Assembly (NCBI GenBank): GCA_010909165.1
Contig: VJWM01000126.1
Coordinates: 496,001 to 560,000, forward strand
Reading direction: 5' to 3'
Length of the DNA: 64,000 bases
Source of the DNA: Anthoceros angustus
Lineage: Eukaryota; Plantae; Anthocerotophyta
Part shown: positions 10,501 through 21,502 of the stretch, piece by piece
Layout of the letters: each line of letters starts with the position of its first letter
Numbering within the stretch: position 1 is the first letter of the stretch
Notes under the pieces: generated by a model
Seen by the model: only the letters and a program-made list of their open reading frames with translations
Databases searched by the model: none
What the model was told of the DNA's origin: nothing
Program-made: the position numbers and the translations under genes

Positions 10501-12475
10501 TTGACTTCGTAACCCTCGGGTTGTCTCATGTATATTTCCTCTTGCAGCGCCCATACAAATATGTTGTCTTAACATCCATCATGTGGAGTTCAAGATCATG
10601 TTGGGCACATAAGGCAAATATCATTCGAAGTGTGGCAAATTTGGCTCTTGGGGCATAAGTGGCCCAAGGTATGTAATCTAGACCAGAATTTGTGTAAACC
10701 TCGCTACTAGGCGTGCCTTATACCTTTCTATAGAACCATCTCCTTTTCTTTTAATTTTGAATACCCATTTGCTGGTTACTATCTTCCTACCCCTAGGTGG
10801 TTTGACCAATTCCATGTAGAGTTATTAACTAGGGAATTATATTCGAATCTACTACCTTCCATAAGTCTTTTCGGAGAAGAGAAAGCTTGTTTTAAGGTAA
10901 GAGGTTCTTCGGGTCTATAGTTGCCTTGTAGACCTTGAGAATAAAGTGATATAGGGGTATAGGATCATCAAAACAGCTAGGTATCCTAAAGGAGGTTCCT
11001 TCCAACTGCAGGACTGAGATAGTAGGTCGGGATCTAAGGTTGTACCTTTGTGCAGTGCATCATCCACGGAGGCGGGATCAGGATCTGCGGCTCCACAATG
11101 TCATCCTCCGAGGGTCATCAAACTCATCATCATGAGTGTCAAGCTGGCGCCTCTGGGATGTCAACATCGAGGTTGAGTTGTACGGTTGTGGAATAGATGC
11201 TAACTCCTCCTCCTCCGCATAATAGGTTCAACTAAAGGAACACGAGAAGCGGGAATGGGAAATGGAGTGAAATAATCAATTATCATCAAAATAAGAAGGG
11301 TCAATGGTCTCATCAAGAGGAGGACCAATATCAGCTCCTTTGGGGAAAAGAGGTAAGACTCATGAAAAGTAACACTCGCGTATAAAAGTTGCCTTGTAGA
11401 AGGGTTGAACAATTTGTACCCTTTGATACCTTGTGTAGCCAATGAAAAGTGTACTTAGCTTTGGGATCCAACTTCTTACGCAATGCTTTGGGAATAAAAA
11501 CATATGCGGGGATCCAAAAATTCAAGGTGGTCAATAGAAGGCTTCTTGCCAATGAATGCTTCATATGGAGTCATACCTTGAAGCTGATGTAGGCAATCGA
11601 TTCATGAGATAGGTTCTAGGAGGGCCTCGCCCAATAAGCCTTAGATAACTTAGCTTGTACCAATAAGCAACCTGTGATCTCTTGGGCGTAGATTCTTGTT
11701 CTCCACGCCATTTTGTTGAGGAGTGTAGACAAGCGTAAGTTGTTGAGCTATACCTTCACTCGACAAAATCCTCAAATTCAGATGTAAACTCTCCACCATT
11801 GTCAACGTAAGGTCTTGAGTTTGTGATCCAAGTCTCTCACCCCATTTCATGTAGTCCTTGAAGAAGTGAAAGGCATCACTCTTGTTTTTCGGGATGTAGG
11901 AAAAGACAAAGCGAGAAATCATCATGAAGGTCAAAAATATCTACTACCACTAAAGGAGGGTGTAGACAAGGGTCCACAATGTCATGTGCACTATCTCTAA
12001 AGGTGACTTGGCCCTTTGTGGAGATTTATTTTGAAAGGCTCTTGATGTCGTTTAGTGAGGACACAAGATTCACCAAGGTAGGTGTTCAACCTTTGCAAGG
12101 TTGAACACCTATAGCTACCTTGGTGCTAATCTTGAAAACTCAAGCGGCACGAAAGAGCAATAGGACATGCATTGGTGGAAAGGCAATAGAATCAAAAGAT
12201 TGATAATGGGGCTCGAGGGGTCTCCACCGCTACCCACGAAAAACCGTCGGGATCGATAGAAGTGATCTTATCTTCCCTTTATTACTTTCGAGTGAAAACT
12301 AATGTTTGTGTTTGATTATGTTATTACCTTACAGGAAGATGAAGAATTTCTTGAAGCCCTCGCTTCATCAACTTCCGCCAACTATGATAATGTTGGACAA
12401 GTTGTGCCAACAAAACAAGTGGTCGTGAAAATTATATTTTCAATTTCTACAATTATGATCAATTTTCCAAAATAA
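7588..12475 (+). pseudogene. Crypton-like recombinase gene, unit I (catalytic core deleted, copia-interrupted)
   Basis: FGVRG exon and LARYD exon (Y at 9085) are present; segment equal to 43388-43891 is missing at 9037/9038; copia at 9514-12134. Confidence 0.78.
9514..12134 (-). mobile_element. Ty1/copia internal fragment (integrase-RT-partial RNase H), no LTRs, unit I
   Basis: Consensus with unit II: CESCVLTK..RAKSPLEIVH.DI.GP, KNKSDAF, TPQQNGVE, YLLLYVDD..FEMSDLG, RTKHIAVEYHYIREK. Confidence 0.92.
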
Positions 12476-13139
12476 GGTAAATATTTTGCTTAAGTATATG
12501 TGCCTCTATTACCGAATCGCTCAAGATGTCCTAGTTATATGCTTAATTTACATTGTTTTGTAGGTTTTAGTATTCCAATAATGGGGTCAATCTATTATGG
12601 TATTTACTCTATATTTTTAATTTTATTTCATACCATTCTAGATATATAGGTAACTTTGCAAAGAATAAATTTATTTGTCGGTTTCTTGTAAATCCTGGAT
12701 CCGCATGAATATTACTTAATGGAATATGTTTTACCGCCAAATTAGCGATTTTGGTCGGATTTCTAGTCAATGATCTTCTATTTAGATTTACCTAATATTC
12801 ACCTGGTTACCCATTTTTCCAACTCTGCTGTCCTGATTTCAACATTGATGGTGAAATATTTTCACCTATCAGTGCATATTTTCTATTCTATTGTAATAAA
12901 TTTGATCCTACTCAGCAAAATAATGATCTTCAATTTACCTCCTCCACCCTGGAAGAAAATCGAGCGAGCGCGTCGAGGCCCCATACGAGGCAGCGACTTT
13001 ACATACTGAAAGCAGAGTGTTTCCGCTCCACAAACGGTTACGCTTTCCCGCACCTCACGCTCCTTCCTGCAATATTAAATCCTCACGATCCCATCCAACT
13101 TTCAACATCCGATTTGAGTTTAATTTGGGGTCCCCGAGG

Positions 13140-13337
13140 TGGGGTGCGCCAGGCAATGGAAGTAGTGCAAGCCCAAAGCGACGCTCGAGAAGCCGTGGAA
13201 GCAAGCTACCACATAAAGCTCCTCGCCCCGAAAGAAATTAGATTCATATCATGTGGGTCGATGACCCACATATCAGATATTAAACTGATAAGAACAGATA
13301 CTACACTTGATCTTAGCCAAAAGGCCGAGAAAGGTAT
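13140..13337 (-). ncRNA. U2: U2 snRNA, type B (promoter lacks USE)
   Basis: Same U2 core with type-B substitutions in the Sm region and stem III. Confidence 0.95.
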
Positions 13338-13733
13338 ACCTTCCTTTCGCAAGTCAGGGTCTATATGGGCCAGAGGCGTTAGGGTGTATTATACACGCCG
13401 TCCATGACTCCTGGCGGGCGGGCCTGTAAAACGCCGCGCTCCTGTCCTGGCGGGATGGCGAAATTAAAAGCGAATGAAGCAAGTGTCTCGGAAGCAGGCG
13501 ACTGTACCATCCATATATCATCGCAACATTTGATTGGAGAACCCGTGCACGGCGCACGCAGGCAAGCTCGGTAGCAACCAAGATTTCTGGCAATCGCTCC
13601 TCGGAGTTCAGGAAGGCTGCTGTAAATCCATGGTATTTTGCCTCCTTCCTCAAGCCATCGTCTCCGGATCGTCTTCGTCGAAGTGTTTAACAGCTTCGTC
13701 CCCAGATAGATACAACTTTGAGCCTGCACAGAA

Positions 13734-14531
13734 ATGGCCATGGTTCGGATTGCCATGCTCACGTGCTGCGGCTCACCCTTGACCCTGAGCGGAATTGTGC
13801 CGAGATGGGCTGGCCAGATGCGGGGAATGCTGCCAGGTGAAGTGCACCAACGACGGATGCAACGACACGCCCACCACTGTCGTGATGACGGATCAGTGCC
13901 CGGGTGGCGTGGGAAGCCCCATTTCGATCTCAGCGGCTCTGCATTCGGAAACCTCGCTGCCGCCGGCCGATCGTCTGACCTCGTCACGCTGGGCGGGTCC
14001 CGGCTGCTCCGGATACATCCCTGAGGCTGTAATGACAATGCAATGCTTCGAATAGACGATGGCATGGATGCGTTGCGCGCAGGGTGCCTTGCTCCTACGG
14101 TTCCCAGACTGTGGCATTCGACATGGACGCGAATTGCAATCCCAATTGGGTCGCCTTCGTGGTCGAGTTTCAAGCAGGCGATGGAGATCTCCACTCTGTC
14201 GAACTCAAGGTTAGGAAAAGCTATGCATGGTGTCTCGGTTTTGGACACTGTTGATTACTCTTGGATGGCATTGGCTTTCATGAGTTGAAACCAGCCACAA
14301 GATCTCACATGTGGTGAATGTTGGGGTGGCAGGATGCGTCTTCAGCTTGGCAGGCAGTGAGTCACAATTGGGGAGCCAACTGGCAATTCTTCGGGAGCCT
14401 TAACGGCCCCGTTTCTGTTCGGCTCAAATCCCTCCAATACTGCCGACCAAGTGCTGGTTGCCAAGGATGCCATTCCAGCTGACTGGACACCTGGCCACAC
14501 CTACCAATACCAAGACCAGTTTAGCTACTAG
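13734..14531 (+). pseudogene. EXPB: Beta-expansin (EXPB-like), copy 2
   Basis: Near-identical to copy 1; same motifs and lesions. Confidence 0.85.
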
Positions 14532-15300
14532 GAAAATTTGATGCACCGCACATTTGGGGTCGGGTCCTGCATCCAGTGCGCCCACAATCAAAGCTTGGGT
14601 GCATTTGTACGTAGTGCTTTTCAAACTGTACTATTATTCTAAAATTACATTATTCTCACATTCCTGATTCTGTGTTTTGAGGGAAACAACAGCAACCCAT
14701 CTTCAACTTACCAGCAGTGTTACCAGTTTTTTTGACGGAAACACTAGCAAATTGGCTTCAAGTAATTTACGGGCCTGTCCAGCGGTTCAAGCTTATTGAA
14801 AGAATGATAATGACCCATCCAGCTTCACAAATGTTCCAAGTGTATCTCATCCTGCATTCGAGCTCGGGTATTCAGTAATGGACAAACAGAAGCCTCACAT
14901 CCGCCCAACTGTGAGTTCACACAAGGCTGTAGGGCTGTACCTGACCGAAACCTGAAGACTTCAGTGAAGGCTCGGATCTTGTGTCGGGTGCTCAGGCACA
15001 CTTCTTCTGATAACTGCAACGACATGCTGAACAGGAAAAGATTTGTTAGCAGTCCCACCAAAGAAACTAATGCCTGAAGGCAAGAATACGAATCAAGCGT
15101 TGTTTGAGGTTAGGAGGTTGCGGAACTCATGTTAGAAGAACCGCCGTAATATGTATGTACTGAAAGCAGAGTGTTTCCGCTCCACATACGGTTGGTTACG
15201 GTTTCCCGCACCTCCTGCTCCTTCCTGCAATATTAAATCCTCACGATCCAATCCAACTTTCAACGTCCGATTTGGGTTTAATTTGGGGTCCCCTGAGGGG

Positions 15301-15498
15301 TGGGGTGCGCCAGGCAATGGAAGTAGTGCAAGCCCAAAGCGACGCTCGAGGAGCCGTGGTAGCAAGCTACCACTTGAGGCTCCTCGCCCCGAGAGAAATT
15401 AGATTAATATCATGTGGGTCGATGACCCACGTATCAGATATTAAACTGATAAGAACAGATACTACACTTGATCTTAGCCAAAAGGCCGAGAAAGGTAT
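15301..15498 (-). ncRNA. U2: U2 snRNA, type A
   Basis: Full 198-nt U2 with USE+TATA upstream. Confidence 0.97.
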
Positions 15499-15520
15499 AC
15501 CTCCCTCTCGCAGGTCAGGG

Positions 15521-15568
15521 TCTATATGGGCCAGAGGTGTTACGGTTTGTTCCCTACCGATATGGGGT
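15521..15568 (-). promoter_or_regulatory. USE+TATA promoter of U2-A, unit II
   Basis: Identical to 1802-1849. Confidence 0.8.
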
Positions 15569-16112
15569 AATACCCTATATGGTTATCGTTTCGTTTGACA
15601 CTAGCTGGTCTTGAGGTCCTCTCAACGCTTTGCTTCTATGTTTTTTCGTGGGTACCCAATAAGAAACCGTCTCCACTATCCTTCATCGCTAGTATGTAGT
15701 GGGCATCTGCTACATTTTGTTGTCTGCAAAATTGTTGCCATTGTTGCCATAGCTGCTCTGCTCACGGAGACCCGTCCCCACCCACAAATTTTCGGGAAGT
15801 GGAACTGGGCTCCTTACCGCTGCACCTAGAGGCTTGGTTGTTTGTCAAGGCTTGAATCCCCAAAGTGAGGTGGCGGGAGCTCCTCGTAGAATCCCTATAG
15901 ACACACCGATTTGTTCGGTCCACAACAACGGGTCCGATTGCCACACGGCCATCGTTTTGTTCGATATGGCCATCTTGATTGGGCCCTTATCTTTGCCCGT
16001 GCCTTTCCTGGGTTCTGTGAGCACGTCTCGACCATCTCAAGGATTACTTTACCCCAAAGGATCCCTCTAGGCGGTTCTGGGTGTTTCTTTTGGCGGAGGT
16101 GGCAAGGGAGAT

Positions 16113-16757
16113 CACTACTAGGAAAAGTATCCTTTTACAACGGATTTTACAGTGAGTTTTACAACACTTTTACAACGACCGTTGTAAAATTGTTGTAAAA
16201 CACCCTTAGTAATATCGTTGTAAACATCAAACGTCAAGCGTCAAACGTATATACTACATAAGCGTATCGTCCTTGCATATAGTATACGAGCATGGTATAT
16301 ACTGTAAATGGACCGTTGTAAATATTCTAAATCCTTGTAAAATTCTACCATTGTAAGTTATGTATGCCGTTGTAAATATAGATGGCCTTGTTATTGAAAC
16401 CATTGTAAATTGAGCCCTTGTAAAAACTTTGTACCATTGTAAACATCTCCACGAATTCAAACTATTATAAATAACAATAAATTAACCCATTACAAACTCC
16501 AATATTGTCAATAAAATATACCATTGTAAAACGTTTCCCGTCCAAATGCAAACCCTTGTAAAAAAATGTATACTATTGTAAATTCTACTGTTGTAAATAT
16601 TTCCCCCCAAAATTCAAATCGTTGTAGATAATTCAACCCATTGTGAATTACATTGTTGTAAAGAGTTTACGCCTTTGTAGATTTCTCCAAAATTCAAAAC
16701 ATTGTTAATAATTTAAACCAATATAAATTCTGACGTTGTAAATAATTTAGGTCATAC
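16113..16757. mobile_element. CACTA terminus with subterminal repeats, unit II
   Basis: CACTACTAGGAAAAG at 16113 plus TTGTAAA array. Confidence 0.88.
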
Positions 16758-16949
16758 TAAATAGTAAATACTAAATAGTAAATAGTAAATAGTAAATAGT
16801 AAATGGAAAAAGCCCATCCGAGGAGGGACAATCGAAGGGGACCAGGGGTCGTGGAGAGGAGCAATCGAGCTCCCTACCTAAAGTCACCCTCACCCACAAT
16901 GTCATATGCGGGAAGAATAGCGCAAACCACGGAGGTAGAGGAAGATGTG

Positions 16950-19525
16950 TCACACGAGCATCGACTCTTCAATTCCATACTCTGCAGAATCAAGTCGTTC
17001 CACATAGTTAAAGCCTTCATCTTCTTCCCATTTGAGTGCTTCATTGAACCATCCAAGGCGGTGTCCACTCTCCTTCCAATATGCATTCAACTTCTTGACC
17101 ATGAACCAGTTTGGGCCAGAGCAATCTCGATGGGGCTCTTACCAAACCTACCTTCATACCGGGCCACAAAGACCTTTTGAACTCCATTGCCAAAATGAGC
17201 GAAAGGTTTGATCCTGTTTGTCGCATCCACCTTCTGCTGGGATGGGGCCACTATCCCGTCCCTCTTGTCACGTTCTCCTTCAAGAAAATCTGCTAGTGCT
17301 CCTCCTTCACAGATTTGGGCCTCACCTTCTTGACTCCATCCAAAAAGTTTCTAGCTTCTCTCCGCACATTGTTCCTCCAAAACTTTATGTTACTAGAGAA
17401 AAACTGCATCGCAATGGCATCCATAGTCCAAGGACCAGATATCAATCTGCGAATGTTAGATTCCACAAGGAGTCTCGTACCCTCAGTCTCATCCCAAAAG
17501 CTTTGTACCAATGAATTGCAAAAAAATCTCATGCTCCAGCAACACTGGTCTCTCATGTGCACCCAGGAATTGGTGTCATGCTTGATGAATCCTACAACGC
17601 AGAAAAAGCAATACGGCCATAGTTAGAATCTAACAATGAAACACTAACCACTCAAAGCTTGAACATCAAGCTTTGAATATTCAGCTTGAACATCAAGCTC
17701 AATATTCAGCTTGAATATCGAGCTTGAATATTCGACTTGAACATCAAGCTTTGAATATTCGTGCTTGAACAACATGTGTGAATATTCGTGCTTGAACAAC
17801 ATGTGTGAATATTCGACTTGAACATCAAGCTCAATATTCGAGCTTGAACATGCGATCTAAACAATAGGCCTGATGACACACTCCTATGGTACACTAGGAA
17901 CTACCCGTAGGAAAACAAGATGGTGGCACTCGAATCTCCTAGTGGAAAAAGAGAACAGAAATTAAATCAACTTACTTGACACAGGACATATATCCTCTTC
18001 GGGAATATCATACTCCACATCAAAATTTCTTCGACACTTCACAGGATGAAGGACAAGTTTATCGACATCTTTTGCACATCGCCTCCTTACATATCGCACC
18101 GCTTTAACCCTCTTGCTCACGGTCTTCTTCAATACTTGAGAATGGGGTCCTCGACCTCTTGGAAGGAGTGGAGCTTCCTTAGGTCCTTCATGAATCTCCT
18201 TGTCACAAGGGGAATCATTGCCATTGGCTTGACTATCACGCACTTCATACACCTCATCATAAGGCGTGACATTCAAATCTGGATGGACACAAGGGTTGTA
18301 AGGCATTGTACACAAGGCATAGACCCCAGAGGACCGCAGGCATGGTGGACAAGACGGGAATTATGGAATTCCCCACTGTAGGATCTAGTGGGAGGTCTCC
18401 CAGTAGACATTATTTAGCAGGTCTACCTGCTAAATAATGTTTGCCTGGGGTGTCCTGCACCCTTGGCCTGCATCCCCAATCTCCACTAGCCCTAGCTGAG
18501 GGCATATGATGCCATGCTGGTGTGGATATCTTGCCATGAAGAGGATACCTGGCCATCTCAATGACCCACTCTGGCATTTCCTTCAATTTTTCACCCCTAG
18601 ATGCGTGTGCAGGCTTCAATTTTGATCGTGGCACCTCGTGGCACGGCGATCGTGGTACTCTGGACACCTCCGAGTCTTCTCTAGATGTTGGCAGCAGCGA
18701 TGCAAGGGGCTCACGCCTACATCTCGCTTGCCTCATCACGGCCCGCATCTCGCCAGGATGATATGCCGTGAAAATCGACATGGGCACCTTCCCATGCAAC
18801 GCAGCAGCAGTGCAGTGGGCGCCATCCCCATGTGCTGCAAGTGTAGAGGCGCAATCCCCATCCCCACGCACTGCAGGTGCAGCGACGCCATCTCTTTTAC
18901 TTGGCCCTTCGCCCCTACCTCTACACCTGCCACGAGAAGATTCCCTTGCCCCTTTCCCACCGGCCCCACGTTCAGGGTCCTCCTCCTCTACCACCCTCGA
19001 CGGTCCTGAATGATTCTTGCTGAAGAAACATAGGGAGCCTTCCCACAGTTGCCTCATCCTCGCACAATACTGCTAGTGCATTCGACGACATATTGGCTCT
19101 CAGATTCTACATCAGATAGCTCTTTCTCGAGAATGTGAGTTGCCTCCGTCCTTTTGGATTTGAGCTTGATCCATTTCTCCCTCAAGCTGTTGCACCACCC
19201 AACATTGTTTTTGCAGCCAACAAGTTCTGCTATTCACACCTCGAGTCCTCGAGCCCCATACCACCAATCGGCGCGATCGACAGCATCTCCACATATGAGG
19301 GCTGTTGTTGCCAAGCGTCTAATGTCATGCCTCCGCTTGAAATATCGGCTTCTTGTGTTTGGGCATCCGACGAATGAAGTTGTGAGTAGCGAGGCGACAC
19401 AAAATCAAGATATACACCATGCACGACAAGCAAGCAAGAAGCAAAGACAAAGGTGGAGTATTGTGTTGAAGTTCTAGTCTGCAACGTGACCTAGTCCTGC
19501 ACTGTATAGTGTCGCCACTATCCAC
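16950..19525 (-). pseudogene. TnpA/Transposase_24-like gene, unit II
   Basis: ORFs 17293-17562, 17962-18315 and 18410-19057 are homologous to unit I. Confidence 0.6.
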
Positions 19526-20929
19526 GTTGTAAAACCCGGATCAGATGCACTCTTTACGATGAAGTGGCTACTATGAACCTAAAGGCAAAGACATGTCATT
19601 GAGGAAGACAAGGTAATGGCTACCTGGCCACGGGCGGGAATGCAACCGAGGAACTAGACCCCGCTCAAAGCTTTTGCGGGAAAAGACGGGTTCGGAACGC
19701 AGTTAGGTTTTAGCTGTCGGTTTTGTACAATGGTGGCAGTTGGAGAACTCTCGTGAAAAAAATGGTTGCTAGCATATACGGTACAAAGTATGCGAAGCAT
19801 TCAGTTTCTCGCTTGCAGGAATGACAACACTGGCAACGCAATTTTGTTTCTCTGTCTCAGCAAATCTTCGAAAGGCACAGACGGCTTCTGTACAATGCAG
19901 GACACTGTTATACACAGTCTAATGATGAAACTATTGCCAGTCGAAAACTTACAAGTCTTCCTTGCCAAGTTTGCTGACTGTTGTCATCTCGAATCCTCGA
20001 GAACAAGAACACGCAAACTGTAACGGCTAAGTATCGACCTAGGTAGATTGCAAAATCCTAAAAAGTGCAGCACATCACCATCAATGGTGCGGTTTCATTT
20101 GGTCTACTTGTGACTCATTTACTTTAGCTAACGCTCCAAGAACACAAAGTCCAAGTCGCAAGGCATAATTCCAAGAAAGCGGCATAACTTTGATAAAATT
20201 GCGGAAGAATGGAGTGCAAGTCGTTCGATTAAGATCCTCCACACTCTAGACGGAGGAATCACCATGCCTCTGGTGAGAGCTCCAAGTTCGAGGAATCACC
20301 ACGCCTCCTTGTGAGAGCTCCAAGTTTAGTCGCGGAGGCGTGTCTGAATAGATTATTATTCCTAATCTAGTAGGTTTTCATATAGAGATGCATATAGTAT
20401 AGTGGACAAGGTCAAACACTTGGTCTCGAGTTCGAATATGATCTTGCGCATATGTCGAGACTTGTTCTAATAGATTGTTTCTCCTAATCAAATAGGGTTT
20501 CGTATGTATTGGTGTTCACGGGGTCGTCTCTGAGAGACATGTAAGTGTAAAATATTATTTCCAATTAAACACGTTTCCGCAAGGATGGTATTAGTCTGGT
20601 GGATAAGATCATGCACTGCAAATAAGAGTTTGAGGGTTCGATGGTATTAGTCTGGTGGATAAGATCATGCACTGCAAATAAGCGTTTGAGGGCAAAGAAC
20701 GCTTATTTGAGGGTTCGAGTTCTTTTCCGTACAGTCCATATGCTATGTTATGGCTCGAAACCCTATGTATGTACTTGGGTACCAATGTATGCTACTTGGG
20801 TATCTCAATACTACGATTACTTTTAATTTTTATGAATTATTGTATAGAGATGAAATTTTTATGAATTATTGTATAGAAATAAAAAATTATGAATTATTGT
20901 ATAGAGATGAAATTAGTGTTGTGGTTGGT

Positions 20930-21447
20930 GTTATGTCCTATGTATGCGATTGTTTTTCAAGGGGGTCTAGACCCCCCTTTCGAATCGCTCAAGTGTTAGG
21001 GGCTAGTTGCTTGTTGGCTATGGAGAAGCCCACCGGGTCCGCCCTATTGGAGTGAGAGGCTTTTGCGGCTTGTTAGTCGCAGCATAGCCATCTTGCTTCG
21101 GGAGCAATTCCAGGGGTACTTGAGTCCACACTAATTCGGCATCGCCGCTCCGGGGGGGTGTGAGTCTGTGGCTTTTGGAGTGGGGGCGATTATGGAGTCT
21201 CATCCTGATTGGCTCGCACTGCAGGTGGACGTCGAGAATGCTTTTAACACGGTCTCCGGGGTGGCCATTTTTGACGAGTTCAAGGACGTAGGTGGACATG
21301 TACAGCTTGCCAGTCTTATCCCTTTGGTTCACTCCTTCTGCGAGTCTTCTTCCAATCTCTACTATCAGCATGGGCCCGCGGTCGAGGGGGTTTCGGTGTT
21401 GGCCTTAGTAGCTGGCACAAGGCAGGGGGATCCATTGGGATTGTTTT
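20930..21447 (+). mobile_element. CRE-like RT N-terminal fragment, unit II
   Basis: LGASCLLAMEKP..VRPIGV..SPH*FGIAAPGGCESV..HPDWLALQVDVENAFNTVS..LYYQH..GTRQGDPLG; ends before the catalytic DD motif. Confidence 0.85.
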
Positions 21448-21502
21448 GTTGATGTTGTTTGCACGATTTGGAGTTTCTCTGACGCTTTTCTAGTTCCTGT
21501 AG

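Noticed and set aside
13384-13400. GTGTATTATACAC hairpin as a Helitron 3' end
   Set aside because: Spacing to a CTRR end is wrong, no TC 5' end or Rep/Hel remnant was found, and unit IV has a substitution in it.
13017-13407. Short ORFs over the U2 blocks (MEVVQAQSDAR..)
   Set aside because: They are antisense translations of the U2 gene.
13379-14248. 289-aa minus-strand ORF and similar ORFs at 27263, 47418 and 48871
   Set aside because: Antisense shadows of the GC-rich expansin; they break differently in each copy and have no recognisable motifs.
13700-15600. Higher identity of the EXPB/U2 block between units as proof of selection
   Set aside because: Uneven polishing or mis-mapping of TE paralog reads could give the same pattern; it cannot be separated without raw reads.
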